Assembly: GCA_046704085.1 (NCBI GenBank)
Contig: JBJKSJ010000038.1
Coordinates: forward strand, 1,116-65,115
DNA from: Ktedonobacterales bacterium
GTDB taxonomy: Bacteria > Chloroflexota > Ktedonobacteria > Ktedonobacterales > DATBGS01
Length of the DNA: 64,000 nucleotides
Direction: 5' to 3'
How positions within the stretch are numbered: the stretch's first letter is position 1; every line of letters begins with the position of its first letter. The notes beneath the pieces are model-generated. The model was not told the origin of the DNA, ran no database searches, and saw only the letters and a list, made by a program, of their open reading frames with translations. Shown one piece after another: positions 1-8,971 of the stretch. The position numbers and the translations under genes are program-made.

Positions 1-1045
1 CGCTTGAGGGCTGAAATTGCCCAATGGCGTTATCGCCCACATCGGTAAACCAGACCTTTCCAGCGGCGCTCACCGTCAGACCATAGATCCCTGAATTAGA
101 TGCGCCGCTGACAATGGCAGGCACTGTGTATTCTTGCATCGCCCCGGTGCCGGGATCGAGCCGACCAATTTTGCCAGCAAGATACTCTGCAAACCAGATG
201 GAGCCATCGGGTGCAGCAACCACTTCCATCATGCTGGCATTCGCCGTTGGCGGGGAATAGGTCTTCATGGCCCCGGTGGAGGGGTCCAGGCGCACCAATT
301 TGAAGCCGCTCAATTCCCCAAACCACACCGAGCCTTTGCTGTCAACAGCCAACCCATAGGGGCCAGCAAAATGGTTAGCATCGGAGCCAGCAATCGAATA
401 CTCATGGAGCTGACCAGTCGCCATATCCAATCGGCCAATCCGATCCGCGCTGAGTTCGGTAAACCAGATGTTACCCTGCTGATCGAAAGCTAGATCATTC
501 GGCCCGCTGGGGCCACCATCCGAGCGAGGCGTCGTTTGGTAGATTTTGAACGTCTGGGTGTCCGGAAAGAACTCCCCAATATAGCCGACATTCTGTTCCG
601 CAAACCAGATATGATTCTGCGCATCGACAACGATGCCCATGATGCCATAATTGCCATTGGGGGGAACCCAGGTTTGCACCTGGCCTGTTCGCGGGTCCAG
701 GCGGCCCAGCCGATTGGCGTTCATTTCCCCAAACCAGATGTCCCCGTTGCCATCAATCGCCGGGCGCATCAGTCCGCTTTGCTTTTGGGGCACAGGAAAT
801 TCGCGGATGTTGGCGTTTGCTACGGTGTACGGTAACGTCCCGGTGTTCGCCTGTTGATTAGCAGCAGAAGCATTGGGATTATCGCACCCTGCCAGCATCA
901 GCGCCAGGAGCAGGAGCAGCCCCACCAGACCAGCAGGCAAGAAATCCTGTTTTCGTCTTAGCCCCCGCGGGTGCTGGCTCTGGCGGCGTAGCCTCCAGGC
1001 GCGGCCTTCAGCCGCCAGCCTCCGGCTTGTGTTCGTTCTCATCAT
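1..1045 (-). CDS. Vgb (virginiamycin B lyase)-like beta-propeller lipoprotein; 3' end cut by the window edge
   Basis: Not in the ORF track because it runs off the window. Minus-strand translation from ATG 1045 gives MMRTN...GLLLLLALMLAGC (lipobox). At least 6 blades of about 42 aa follow, each with a G-x-(I/V)WF-x-(E/D) signature: GDIWFGE, NHIWFAE, GNIWFTE, GSVWFGE, GSIWFAE, GKVWFTD. This matches the COG4257/Vgb propeller type. The true start may lie downstream of 1045, because 978-1020 is a copy of an intergenic repeat. Confidence 0.7.
   Translation of the reverse strand, partial: MMRTNTSRRLAAEGRAWRLRRQSQHPRGLRRKQDFLPAGLVGLLLLLALMLAGCDNPNASAANQQANTGTLPYTVANANIREFPVPQKQSGLMRPAIDGNGDIWFGEMNANRLGRLDPRTGQVQTWVPPNGNYGIMGIVVDAQNHIWFAEQNVGYIGEFFPDTQTFKIYQTTPRSDGGPSGPNDLAFDQQGNIWFTELSADRIGRLDMATGQLHEYSIAGSDANHFAGPYGLAVDSKGSVWFGELSGFKLVRLDPSTGAMKTYSPPTANASMMEVVAAPDGSIWFAEYLAGKIGRLDPGTGAMQEYTVPAIVSGASNSGIYGLTVSAAGKVWFTDVGDNAIGQFQPSS
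978..1020. repeat. GC-rich intergenic repeat, short copy C
   Basis: TGGCGGCGTAGCCTCCAGGCGCGGCCTTCAGCCGCCAGCC matches copy B with everything between its two CAGGCGCGG repeats deleted. Confidence 0.55.
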
Positions 1046-1075
1046 AGACGCTCTTTACTTTTTTAGAAACACTTT

Positions 1076-2530
1076 TCAGACGAGCATCCCTGCCAAACCA
1101 TCCTCGCTCAGCCTGGTCAGGCGCACAGCACTGAGCGTATTGCGCAAATCTCCCGCGCCTGCTGCGCAAGCTGGGTCCAGTTCCACGCGCAGATAGTTGT
1201 CCGTCAGACCCTCCCAGCCGGTGGAGCGCGGCTCCTCCCAGAGAACCTCAACCACCCGCCCGACAAACTGCTCGCGGAAGGCGCGCCCATGCGCGGCATT
1301 CAACGCCAGCAGTCGCTCACTGCGAGCCTTCTTCACCGGATCGGGAATCTGATTTTTCATCCGCGCAGCAGCAGTGCCCTGGCGCGCCGAAAAGCGGAAG
1401 ACATGCGCCTTGGCGAAGCGCATCTCCTCGGCAAAGCGAAAGCTCTGCTCGGCATCCTCGTCGCTCTCGCCAGGAAACCCGGCAATGATGTCCGTCGTAA
1501 TTGCTATCTCCGGGACCAGCCGCCGGGCGGTCTCAAGAATCGCGTGATAGCGCGTGCTGGTATACCGCCGCGCCATGCGCCGCAAGACGTTATCAGCGCC
1601 GCTCTGCAACGGCAAGTGCAAATGGCGGCACATGCGCTGGTTCTGCCAGAGCGCCAGCCAGTCCAGCTTGAAATCCTCCGGCTCCAACGAAGAGACGCGA
1701 ATGCGGCGAATCTCCGTCTTGTCCAGCAGCGCGGCGATCAGATCGCCCAGGTCGCCACCATCGGGCGCGTGATAATCGCCCAGGTGAATGCCAGTCAGCA
1801 CAATCTCTTGATAGCCAGCGGCCACCTTGCGCCGCGTATGCTCCAGCACCGAGGCAATTGTTCGGCTGCGCGATGCGCCGCGCACAGTGGGCACAATACA
1901 ATACGTGCAGCGGTTATCACAGCCATCCTGCACCTTCATCTGCACGCGCGTGCGGCTGAAAGGTGCAGGCGCCAGCGGCGCAAGATCGGTGACAGGCGCA
2001 TTTTCAGCTCGCGCCTCCTCGTCCAGCCCGCGATCTGAGCCGGTGTGCAGCTTCAGCACATCCAGCATGGGCAGCGAGCGCCACGTGGCGCGCTGGACAG
2101 TGGCGTTTGCTTCTGGCTGGGCCGCTGGCGTATCCTGCGCCGCGTGGCTCAGCACCTGCTCGACAAGCTGGTCTTTGCCCGCGTTGCCCACGACCAGATC
2201 AACGCCCGGCAGCGCCAACACGGCCTGGGGATTCATCTGCGCGTAGCAGCCGGTGACGACCAGCAAGGCATCGGGGGCGCGGCGGCGTGCCTGGCTAATC
2301 ATCTGGCGCGAACTGCGATCACCCAGGTGCGTGACTGTGCAGGTATTGACGACATACACATCTGCCTGATCGGCAAAATCCCGCTGCTCGAAACCTGCCG
2401 CGCGAAACTGCTCGCTAATCGCCTCGCTGTCCGCCTGGTTCACCTTGCAGCCAAGCGTCGCCACCGCAAAGGTGCGCCCGCCAGGAGATGTGCTTGTGGG
2501 AAATGTATCGTCTGGCTCTCTATAGCTCAT
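1076..2530 (-). CDS. mtaB: MtaB-type radical-SAM methylthiotransferase (tRNA modification)
   Basis: ORF 1076..2605. It has the N-terminal motif VATLGCKVNQADSEAI, the radical-SAM cluster motif CDNRCTYC, and a C-terminal TRAM-like segment. Start trimmed to ATG 2530 (MSYREPDD); the upstream in-frame starts fall inside a GC hairpin. Confidence 0.8.
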   Translation of the reverse strand: MSYREPDDTFPTSTSPGGRTFAVATLGCKVNQADSEAISEQFRAAGFEQRDFADQADVYVVNTCTVTHLGDRSSRQMISQARRRAPDALLVVTGCYAQMNPQAVLALPGVDLVVGNAGKDQLVEQVLSHAAQDTPAAQPEANATVQRATWRSLPMLDVLKLHTGSDRGLDEEARAENAPVTDLAPLAPAPFSRTRVQMKVQDGCDNRCTYCIVPTVRGASRSRTIASVLEHTRRKVAAGYQEIVLTGIHLGDYHAPDGGDLGDLIAALLDKTEIRRIRVSSLEPEDFKLDWLALWQNQRMCRHLHLPLQSGADNVLRRMARRYTSTRYHAILETARRLVPEIAITTDIIAGFPGESDEDAEQSFRFAEEMRFAKAHVFRFSARQGTAAARMKNQIPDPVKKARSERLLALNAAHGRAFREQFVGRVVEVLWEEPRSTGWEGLTDNYLRVELDPACAAGAGDLRNTLSAVRLTRLSEDGLAGMLV

Positions 2531-2588
2531 AGCTGGCCTGCTGATCATAGGAGGATGAATCTCTCTGAGCATTATAGCACGCTCCAGA

Positions 2589-2640
2589 CGAAGCCGCCCA
2601 CCCACCCCTCAGCAGGTGATAGGGTGGGTGGGCGGCTTCG
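2589..2640. terminator. Perfect 19-bp GC-rich hairpin between the zinc-ribbon gene and mtaB
   Basis: CGAAGCCGCCCACCCACCC (2589-2607) pairs with GGGTGGGTGGGCGGCTTCG (2622-2640). A T-run (TTCTTTTTT) lies 10 nt downstream on the plus strand only. The role (terminator or part of the adjacent repeat) is uncertain. Confidence 0.4.
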
Positions 2641-2674
2641 GATGACCTGTTCTTTTTTAGCCAGGCCGGCTTCC

Positions 2675-2842
2675 GTCTTAGCCCACGCAGGTGGGCTTAG
2701 CGGCGGCGGCGCAGGCCCAGCCGAGGCAAGCGACAGAGACGCGCGAGCGAGGCGCAGCCGAGCGAGAATGGCCGAGCCTGGCGAGGCCAAGCGGCTCTGG
2801 CGAAGCCGCCGCAGGCGCGGATGTATCCGCCAGCCGCGCGGC
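2675..2842. repeat. GC-rich intergenic repeat, copy A
   Basis: Shares two blocks with copy B. The first is GTCTTAGCCCACGCAGGTGGGCTT. The second is a core of about 93 nt (2728-2820): AAGCGACAGAGACGCGCGAGCGAGGCGCAGCCGAGCGAGAATGGCCGAGCC...GAGGCCAAGCGGCTCTGGCGAAGCCGCCGCAGGCGCGG. It abuts the stop codon at 2843. Confidence 0.7.
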
Positions 2843-4759
2843 TTAAAATTGCAGCACTGTCACGCCGCTGGTTCCACAGAGCGGCATCACCTGTACCACA
2901 TTCTGCGGCTGGCCTGAAGAGCGACTCACCGTAATCGTCTCTTGTCCACCCGTACCAACATACGAGATCAAGTACATTGTATCCCCAGTAGGGATATTGG
3001 AGAAGGTGAACGAGCCGCTGGAATCGCTCGTCGTGGCATAATCATCTGACGCGCTAAATCCCTGGCTTGATAGCTGCCAGTGCGCCGAGAGGAAAAGCCT
3101 GACACTCGCTCCAGGCTGTTGAGTCGTGGCATTAACGACATTGCCCATGACACTTTGGGGCTTCTTCAGGTCTGTCTGGGCCATCTGCCCCGACGGAGTA
3201 TCGCCGTAGCTCTTTACTAGCATCTGATAGTTCGTTACCGCGTCTGAGCAATTACCACCCGAAAGCTGCTGTTGCCCTAGACCGTAAAAGGCTTTGGCTG
3301 CATCCTGATGGATGTTGGGGAAGGACGAGGTATTGCTCAGGGTTTGCTTCATAATGGCGCTCATGAAGGCGTTCACGGCATTCTGGTAATCGGATTGACC
3401 CAGATACTGATCGCCCCAGGCCAGATAGGCGCTCGCCTCGTCCTCCAGGGCACGCTGCATCTGATCCGACACTGAACTATAGTTATGCAGCACCACCTCA
3501 AACTTATTGATGGCGCCATTCGTGTTTTGCTTGGTGCCATCCGTAGGCTGCTGGGCCGTATCCAATGGAATTTGATACTTTTTCTGACTGAGCAGTTGCT
3601 CGCCCCAATCGTTGTAAGTCCGGGCAAGATCCACCGTGTCATTCGCCGCTTGATATTCGCCAATCGCCGCCTCAAACTTTTGCTGCGCCGTGCCTACATC
3701 AGTCGCGCTCTTTCCCTGGCTAGCCAGTGACCCTCCTTGAAGTTGGTGGAACTGATTTTGGAGGACAATGCCCGCCGCGCCCAGCACCAGCAAGATCAAC
3801 ACCGAGGCGACGGCCAGGCTCACCGTGCGTGTCGCGCGATACCCCTGGGTAAACCGGAAGAGGAAGACACCCAGCACAATGACCCCCGCCACCAGCGCGG
3901 CAATGCCAGCGCGGAAGCCACCGTTTGCCCAATCGCTGCCAGTCAGCCAGATCAGGAAGAGGCCCACGACGATCAGCACGGCGGCGCCAAGGGTAAACCA
4001 GATCGGCAGCGGGCGCCTGGGCGGGGGCGCGCCGAAACCTGGACCGCCTGGCGCGCCGGGCATGCCAAATCCTGGGGCATAAGCGCCCGGCGGAGCGCCA
4101 TACGTCTGGGGCATTGTCCCCGTCTGGGGCATCGTTCCAGCCGTACCAGGCTGGCCGAAGCTTTCACCAGACGGCCAACCGCCTTGCGCGCCGGAACCAG
4201 GCTGCATAGGATAGGTGAATCCGCCCGGAGAAGGCGGCGCTGACATCGCCCCACCCGGAGGGGGGCCAGCCCAGCCCCCACCAGCAGGCGGAGCGCCAGC
4301 CCAACCTGAACCAGCAGGCGGAGGACCAGCCCAGCCTGCACCGGCAGGCGGAGCGCCAAAAGGCTGCGGGGCCGATCCCTGGGAGGGCGCTGGCGTCGGC
4401 CAGGGGCTTGACGCCGCGGGTGGTGGCATATAGGTTGCTGGCTGAGAACTCTGAGGGACAGGCGCCGCCCCCGGCCCCGGCATCGGATATGTTCCAAAAC
4501 CAGGCTGCGAACTGGGCGGCGGCGGAAAACCAGGAGGCGGGTTGTTCCAGTCTGCCTCTGGACGCGGACGAATCATGGTGTCAGCGGAATCCATTTGTGC
4601 CGACATGCCAGGAAAGAACTCGGAAGGTGGGGCAGGCGATGGAGCGGCATTTCCTGGCTGCTGCGTCGAAACCGGAGCGCCACACCTTGGGCAATGGGTG
4701 CTGCCAGGCGGGAGGAGCAAGCCACACTGCCCACAGTGGTTTTCATACATGCTGGACAT
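2843..4759 (-). CDS. Zinc-ribbon, proline-rich membrane protein with an extracytoplasmic TPR-like and beta-rich C-terminal part
   Basis: N-terminal CGQCG...CPRCG zinc ribbon. About 220 aa of P/G-rich low complexity follows, including repeated GWAGPPPAG units. Three hydrophobic helices are present: WFTLGAAVLIVVGLFLIWL, IAALVAGVIVLGVFLF, LAVASVLILLVLGAAGIVL. The tail is long and soluble. Confidence 0.6.
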   Translation of the reverse strand: MSSMYENHCGQCGLLLPPGSTHCPRCGAPVSTQQPGNAAPSPAPPSEFFPGMSAQMDSADTMIRPRPEADWNNPPPGFPPPPSSQPGFGTYPMPGPGAAPVPQSSQPATYMPPPAASSPWPTPAPSQGSAPQPFGAPPAGAGWAGPPPAGSGWAGAPPAGGGWAGPPPGGAMSAPPSPGGFTYPMQPGSGAQGGWPSGESFGQPGTAGTMPQTGTMPQTYGAPPGAYAPGFGMPGAPGGPGFGAPPPRRPLPIWFTLGAAVLIVVGLFLIWLTGSDWANGGFRAGIAALVAGVIVLGVFLFRFTQGYRATRTVSLAVASVLILLVLGAAGIVLQNQFHQLQGGSLASQGKSATDVGTAQQKFEAAIGEYQAANDTVDLARTYNDWGEQLLSQKKYQIPLDTAQQPTDGTKQNTNGAINKFEVVLHNYSSVSDQMQRALEDEASAYLAWGDQYLGQSDYQNAVNAFMSAIMKQTLSNTSSFPNIHQDAAKAFYGLGQQQLSGGNCSDAVTNYQMLVKSYGDTPSGQMAQTDLKKPQSVMGNVVNATTQQPGASVRLFLSAHWQLSSQGFSASDDYATTSDSSGSFTFSNIPTGDTMYLISYVGTGGQETITVSRSSGQPQNVVQVMPLCGTSGVTVLQF

Positions 4760-4923
4760 CGACGGGTCTGCCTTTCTTCAACCAAAAGGTGATGATGACG
4801 AAGCGAGTCAGCGCAGAGCGCGATGATACGGCTATTATAGCGCCGTACCTCTTACCCGTCAACACAACAATAAGGCGAGAAAGGCTCTCGGCAATCACCC
4901 GTAGAGCGGTTGTTCAGCACAGC

Positions 4924-5358
4924 TCAAATCGCTTCTCCGGCCATCTCCTCTACTGGTATAGATCGCGCCGGACCCTGCCGTCGAATCAGCCGCCCGATGC
5001 CCCCACCCAGCGCGCCAAAGGGCACGGCACTGATCAACTCGATAATGACCATCACGATTACCGCAAAAAACGTGGCATCATCCAACGGATGGAAGACCAG
5101 CGCCTGGCTGATCGTCCCCAGCGTTCCCGAAATAATCGCCGCAACCAGCGCGTCGGCAATCCCCAGCCGGACATAGCCAGTGAGCCGCGCAGCCACGATT
5201 CCAGCGATCACATAAAAGGAAACATTGATCAGATAGGCGTATTCAAAGACCTGCGTCTCGTCGGCGGCGTGCAGGTTGGTCCAGATAATGGTATCCAGCA
5301 GCGCCAGCGTGACAGAGATCACCCCCAGAATGCCGCCCCATTTGAGCGCGCGAAGCAT
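4924..5358 (-). CDS. Small multi-pass membrane protein, function unknown
   Basis: ORF 4924..5403. Start trimmed to ATG 5358 (MLRALKWGGILGV), which is preceded by GGGAGG at about 7 nt. Four hydrophobic segments. Confidence 0.55.
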   Translation of the reverse strand: MLRALKWGGILGVISVTLALLDTIIWTNLHAADETQVFEYAYLINVSFYVIAGIVAARLTGYVRLGIADALVAAIISGTLGTISQALVFHPLDDATFFAVIVMVIIELISAVPFGALGGGIGRLIRRQGPARSIPVEEMAGEAI

Positions 5359-5439
5359 AGGTATCCTCCCAGGTAAAGTTGAGCCAGGCCGCGATTCGGC
5401 CACTCATGCTTTTTACTCTTTCAAGCCCGACACGTCTAC

Positions 5440-5650
5440 GTCCTAACCCGCGCAGGCGGGCTTTGTGGCGCAGCCTCCAGGCGCGGGCGCGCGAGCGCAG
5501 CGAGAGTGCGGGAACCTAGTCCCCGCAAGCGCCAGAGACGCGCGAGCGAGCCGCAGGCGAGCGAGAATGGCCGAACCCTGTGAGGCCAAGCGGCTCTGGC
5601 GAAGCTGCCGCCGCAGGCGCGGCCTTCAGCCGCCAGCCACGCCGCGCCCG
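5440..5650. repeat. GC-rich intergenic repeat, copy B
   Basis: Same orientation as copy A. The core at 5527-5620 is roughly 85-90 percent identical by eye. It carries an extra internal segment of about 40 nt and a CAGGCGCGG direct repeat (5479-5487 and 5612-5620). Confidence 0.7.
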
Positions 5651-5780
5651 TGCCCTGATCGAAAAAGAAAACGTCATCAACCAGAGTGTAGGGCAGGGGG
5701 GTAAAGCGCAGAGGGAACAAAGTAAATAGCAGGTAAATGGATGTTCAGCAGCGGCGCTGGCGCGCCTGCCGAGGCACCGC

Positions 5781-6383
5781 TCAGCGCGCCTCCTGGAACC
5801 AATGCGCGGCGAAGAGCGCGCTGGCGTGCGCCACCTCGGCGCCCAGCGCGGAGAGCCGCTGGGCAAAAGCAGCATTCATTGGCTGACCTTCTTCATCAAA
5901 CGCCGAGCGCGAAGCCGGAATAGAGATCATGGTTGGCGCCACCCACGCGCGCATGGCCCGCGCTGCCAGCAGCATGGTCGTCAGCGTATTATTCCCAGTG
6001 CCAGATGTTCCTCCTTGCACTGTCAGCAGGCCAACCACCTTGCCCTCCAGGCGCGGGGGCTGGTCGTCCTTCAGCAGTTCCAGAAAATCCAGCATATTTT
6101 TCACCGCGCCGCTGATGATGTTGTGATAGGTCGGCGAGGCAAAGATCAGCCCATGCGCTCGGCGAGTGGCGTCCAGTAGTTGGCGAATAGCGCGGCGCTC
6201 CGCCTCTGTATAGCCATCCAGCATATACGTGCCGTCAAAGATGGGCAGCGACAGCGAGGCTGGCGTCAACAGTTCTGTCTCGGCTCCCACAGACCGCGCG
6301 CCCTCAAGAGCCGTCCGCAGCGCCTGCTCCGTCGCCGAGCCTGCGCGCAGGCTCCCGCCAATACCCAGGATCACAGTCGCCAT
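5781..6383 (-). CDS. NADPH-dependent FMN reductase family protein
   Basis: ORF 5781..6470 trimmed to ATG 6383 (MATVILGIGGSLRAGS), with a GGAGCGGGGG Shine-Dalgarno upstream. Contains the flavodoxin-like motif LIFASPTYHNIISGAVKNMLDFL. Confidence 0.75.
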   Translation of the reverse strand: MATVILGIGGSLRAGSATEQALRTALEGARSVGAETELLTPASLSLPIFDGTYMLDGYTEAERRAIRQLLDATRRAHGLIFASPTYHNIISGAVKNMLDFLELLKDDQPPRLEGKVVGLLTVQGGTSGTGNNTLTTMLLAARAMRAWVAPTMISIPASRSAFDEEGQPMNAAFAQRLSALGAEVAHASALFAAHWFQEAR

Positions 6384-6486
6384 ACCGTTTCCCCCGCTCC
6401 TGTAAAACTGTTTCTGCCCCTGGTTCTCTATGCTATGAAATAGCATATCTGATCGCTTCGGCGCAATCATACAAGAACAAAAAGGT

Positions 6487-6568
6487 GGGATTCTTGCATT
6501 ACCGGGAACTTTGGGAACTTTGGGAACTCTGGGGAATGCTTACATTACCTGGGATTCTAGGGATTCTT
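6487..6568 (+). repeat. Array of 9-bp units GGGAWYTYT in a divergent promoter region
   Basis: Units: GGGATTCTT 6487-6495; GGGAACTTT 6504-6512 and 6513-6521; GGGAACTCT 6522-6530; GGGATTCTA 6551-6559; GGGATTCTT 6560-6568. Inverted copies: GAGAATCCC at 6609-6617 and AAGAATCTCC at 6629-6638. Confidence 0.6.
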
Positions 6569-6770
6569 CCACGCCAGGCCAGGCGCAGCCTGGCGCGGCC
6601 ACGCGCCTGAGAATCCCACCCCCTTCCCAAGAATCTCCTCCCGCTGGGTCCACCTGTAAGATCAGCCCTTGCAACGAATATTCCAGATGGCCTACAGTGT
6701 TTGTATGTATCGAAACAGCGAGAACCATCTGATCGAACACGCTCAGAGACAGAAAGGCAAGAGAGCATCC

Positions 6771-7589
6771 ATGACCGATACCACAGCCCAGGCGCTGCAC
6801 TCTGGTGGCACGTCTGAGAGCGTGCAGCTTACCCTGCTGGTGAATGGCGCAGCCTATACCGCCGAAGCCGAGCCGATGGCGATTTTTCACGAAGTGCTGG
6901 AGCATACCCTGCCGCCAGATGTGCTGAAAGGGCATCGCATTCGCATCAGCACCCCCAACGGCGACGAGATCTTCCCCGATATGTTCATTGGCGAGACCTC
7001 CGCGCACTTCCAGACGCGCACGTTCCAGGTCGAAGCCAGGCCGCTGAGCGCGCTCGCCGCAGGCACTCAGACCGCAACCTGGACCAACCTGGGATTCGAT
7101 CACATTGCCATCACCGTTGCTGATCGCGCCGATGCCAAAATCTTTTTTAGCGAAGCCCTGGGCATGACCGTTGTGCGCGATGATCGCCACCAGACGGTCT
7201 TGACAACCGGGAACACCGCCATTTTTTGCTTTGGCACTGAGGTCGCCCCGCTCTCCGATGGACTGCCCAGTCGCTGGCATCATATCGGCTTCGTCGTTGA
7301 TAACCTGGAGGCCGCCTATCAACACCTCTCGCGCTATGCCGACAAGCGGCGGGCAGAGTGGGGCGAAAACGCCTCTGGCACGCTTTCCTCCGATTTTATG
7401 CTGCTGGAGCGCAACGAACGCTGGTCGCTCTACTGTCATTACCGCAACGGTGATGCCAGATTGATGATCCAGCTTTCTGAGATCAAGCCAGAGAATCGCG
7501 GCTTCGCCCATCCAGAGTATTTCACCGACAAGATGTACGACTATCTCAGCGGGCGCTACGGCGTGCGCTTCGAGGATGAACCATTGTGA
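6771..7589 (+). CDS. VOC (glyoxalase/dioxygenase) superfamily protein
   Basis: ORF 6669..7589 trimmed to ATG 6771. VOC-like modules are present: FDHIAITVADRADAKIFFSEALGMTVV and HHIGFVVDNLEAAYQHL. Confidence 0.6.
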   Translation: MTDTTAQALHSGGTSESVQLTLLVNGAAYTAEAEPMAIFHEVLEHTLPPDVLKGHRIRISTPNGDEIFPDMFIGETSAHFQTRTFQVEARPLSALAAGTQTATWTNLGFDHIAITVADRADAKIFFSEALGMTVVRDDRHQTVLTTGNTAIFCFGTEVAPLSDGLPSRWHHIGFVVDNLEAAYQHLSRYADKRRAEWGENASGTLSSDFMLLERNERWSLYCHYRNGDARLMIQLSEIKPENRGFAHPEYFTDKMYDYLSGRYGVRFEDEPL

Positions 7590-7639
7590 GCAGATGAGGG
7601 CCAGGATTGCTGCGTAGCGATCCTGGCCCTCATCTGCTC
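7588..7639. terminator. Bidirectional terminator-like hairpin shared by convergent genes
   Basis: Perfect 20-bp stem: GAGCAGATGAGGGCCAGGAT (7588-7607) pairs with ATCCTGGCCCTCATCTGCTC (7620-7639). The loop is 12 nt. The arms overlap both stop codons (7587-7589 and 7638-7640). Confidence 0.65.
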
Positions 7640-8705
7640 AGTCCAGACGCACCACCTCGCCCGACTGCGCGCTCTGGCGCGCCGCCTCGATCACCCGCAA
7701 GCTTGCCACCGCATCGGCGGGATCGACCGGCGGCGGCCCGCCCCTGGTGAGCGCGTCGTAAAGCGCCTGGTAAAACTGCTCGTAGCAGCCGGGAAGCGTC
7801 TCAACCGGGCCATCCAGGTGCAGCGCGCCCAGCGTCGTCGAGAGATGCCCCCAGGCCGAGCGGGCTTCTGTGCCCCAGCCCGGCTTTCCTGGCCGCTCGC
7901 CCTGGCGCAGCGCCTCCTCCTGGGGGTCCAGCCCATACTTCTCAAACGCTCCCTGCAATCCGCGCAGATGAAAGCGCGGCCCCAGAATGCGCGCAACCGC
8001 CGTAGCATACAGTCGGGAGCGCACGCCATTCTGATGGGTGAGATTGACGAACACCACATCATCAACCGTTGCGCCTGCCCGGCGCGCCTCTACTTCGGCA
8101 TAGACACGCTCCGCCGGACCAAACAAGACCAATGCCTGATCGATCAGATGCGCCCCCAGATCATAGAGGAGGCCGCCACCTTCCTCGACTTTTTCGCGCC
8201 ACGCATCTGGACTGGGCGCGGGACGATAGCGATCAAAATGCGACTCATAGCTGAAGACATCGCCCAGCAGCCGCTGGTCGAGCAGCCGCCGAACGGTGAG
8301 AAAATCGCCATCCCAGCGGCGGTTTTGATAGACCGTCAGGATGCGTTTCCGCTCGTGCGCCAGCGCGATCAGCGCCTCTACATCGGCGGAGGCCAGCGCC
8401 GCCGGCTTGTCAATGACCACATGCTTGCCAGCATTGAGCGCCGAGCGGGCAAATGGCGCGTGGGTGAGGTTGGGCGAGGCTATCACCACCACATCAATCG
8501 CCTGATCGGCAAAAAGCGCCTCGGCGTTATCCAATAAGTCGGCTGCTGGAAAATCCCGCTGCGCCTGAGCGCGGCGCTGTGGGTTGTTGGTGACAATCGC
8601 CGCGACTTCCAGGCCAGGAGTGAAAGCAATCAGCGGCGCGTGAAAAACGGTCCCGGCCAGCCCATAGCCAATAATGCCCACGCGGAATGGAGATGTTTCG
8701 CTCAT
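7638..8705 (-). CDS. Gfo/Idh/MocA family NAD(P)-dependent oxidoreductase
   Basis: ORF 7638..8825 trimmed to ATG 8705 (MSETSPFRVGIIGYGLAGTVFH, Rossmann fold), with a GAGGGGGGA Shine-Dalgarno upstream. Contains VVIDKPAA, which matches the family EKP-type motif. Confidence 0.8.
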   Translation of the reverse strand: MSETSPFRVGIIGYGLAGTVFHAPLIAFTPGLEVAAIVTNNPQRRAQAQRDFPAADLLDNAEALFADQAIDVVVIASPNLTHAPFARSALNAGKHVVIDKPAALASADVEALIALAHERKRILTVYQNRRWDGDFLTVRRLLDQRLLGDVFSYESHFDRYRPAPSPDAWREKVEEGGGLLYDLGAHLIDQALVLFGPAERVYAEVEARRAGATVDDVVFVNLTHQNGVRSRLYATAVARILGPRFHLRGLQGAFEKYGLDPQEEALRQGERPGKPGWGTEARSAWGHLSTTLGALHLDGPVETLPGCYEQFYQALYDALTRGGPPPVDPADAVASLRVIEAARQSAQSGEVVRLD

Positions 8706-8818
8706 AGACGTTCCCCCCTCAAGAGATGTTTCTGAAATAAAGCGCCAGTGTCTCCCAAAAGGTAGCATGCCATCTGGCAAAACCGCAAGAGTGGCAGGGA
8801 GCCTGACGAAAGCAAGAC

Positions 8819-8847
8819 TTGACATCAGCCGCTTTGATGCCTATACT
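8819..8847 (+). promoter_or_regulatory. Candidate promoter of the WD40 / FAD-oxidoreductase operon
   Basis: TTGACA (8819-8824), 17-nt spacer, TATACT (8842-8847). It lies about 125 nt upstream of the start at 8972. Confidence 0.5.
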
Positions 8848-8971
8848 CAAGTTCGCTATGGCCGAGTACGGCGGCATGGCCTGGCTCGCATATCATCATA
8901 TGCAAAAAACCACCCTCCAGGCCACACTCCAGGCGATACGACTCGCTGCCTGGAGCAGAGGAGCGTAAATT

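Noticed and set aside
2571-2576. A TATAAT on the minus strand, just upstream of mtaB, as its -10 box.
   Set aside because: There is no -35-like hexamer at 16-18 nt (it reads GGGCGG). The hexamer also overlaps an in-frame ATG of the long ORF. The evidence is too weak to list as a feature.
6504-6530. The tandem 9-bp units could be a CRISPR-like or minisatellite array.
   Set aside because: The units are far too short and have no spacers. No CRISPR array or cas genes are visible anywhere in the window. The tract is kept only as a micro-repeat or regulatory observation.
6540-7511. Long antisense or overlapping ORFs from the track. Examples: 6540..7511 minus, 1289..2038 plus, 21885..22793 minus, 41368..42393 minus, 45876..46907 plus, 61005..61862 minus, 8993..9700 minus, 36127..36951 plus.
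   Set aside because: These are typical high-GC shadow ORFs opposite genes with clear family motifs. Their translations are Arg/Pro/Gly/Ala-rich with no recognisable domains.
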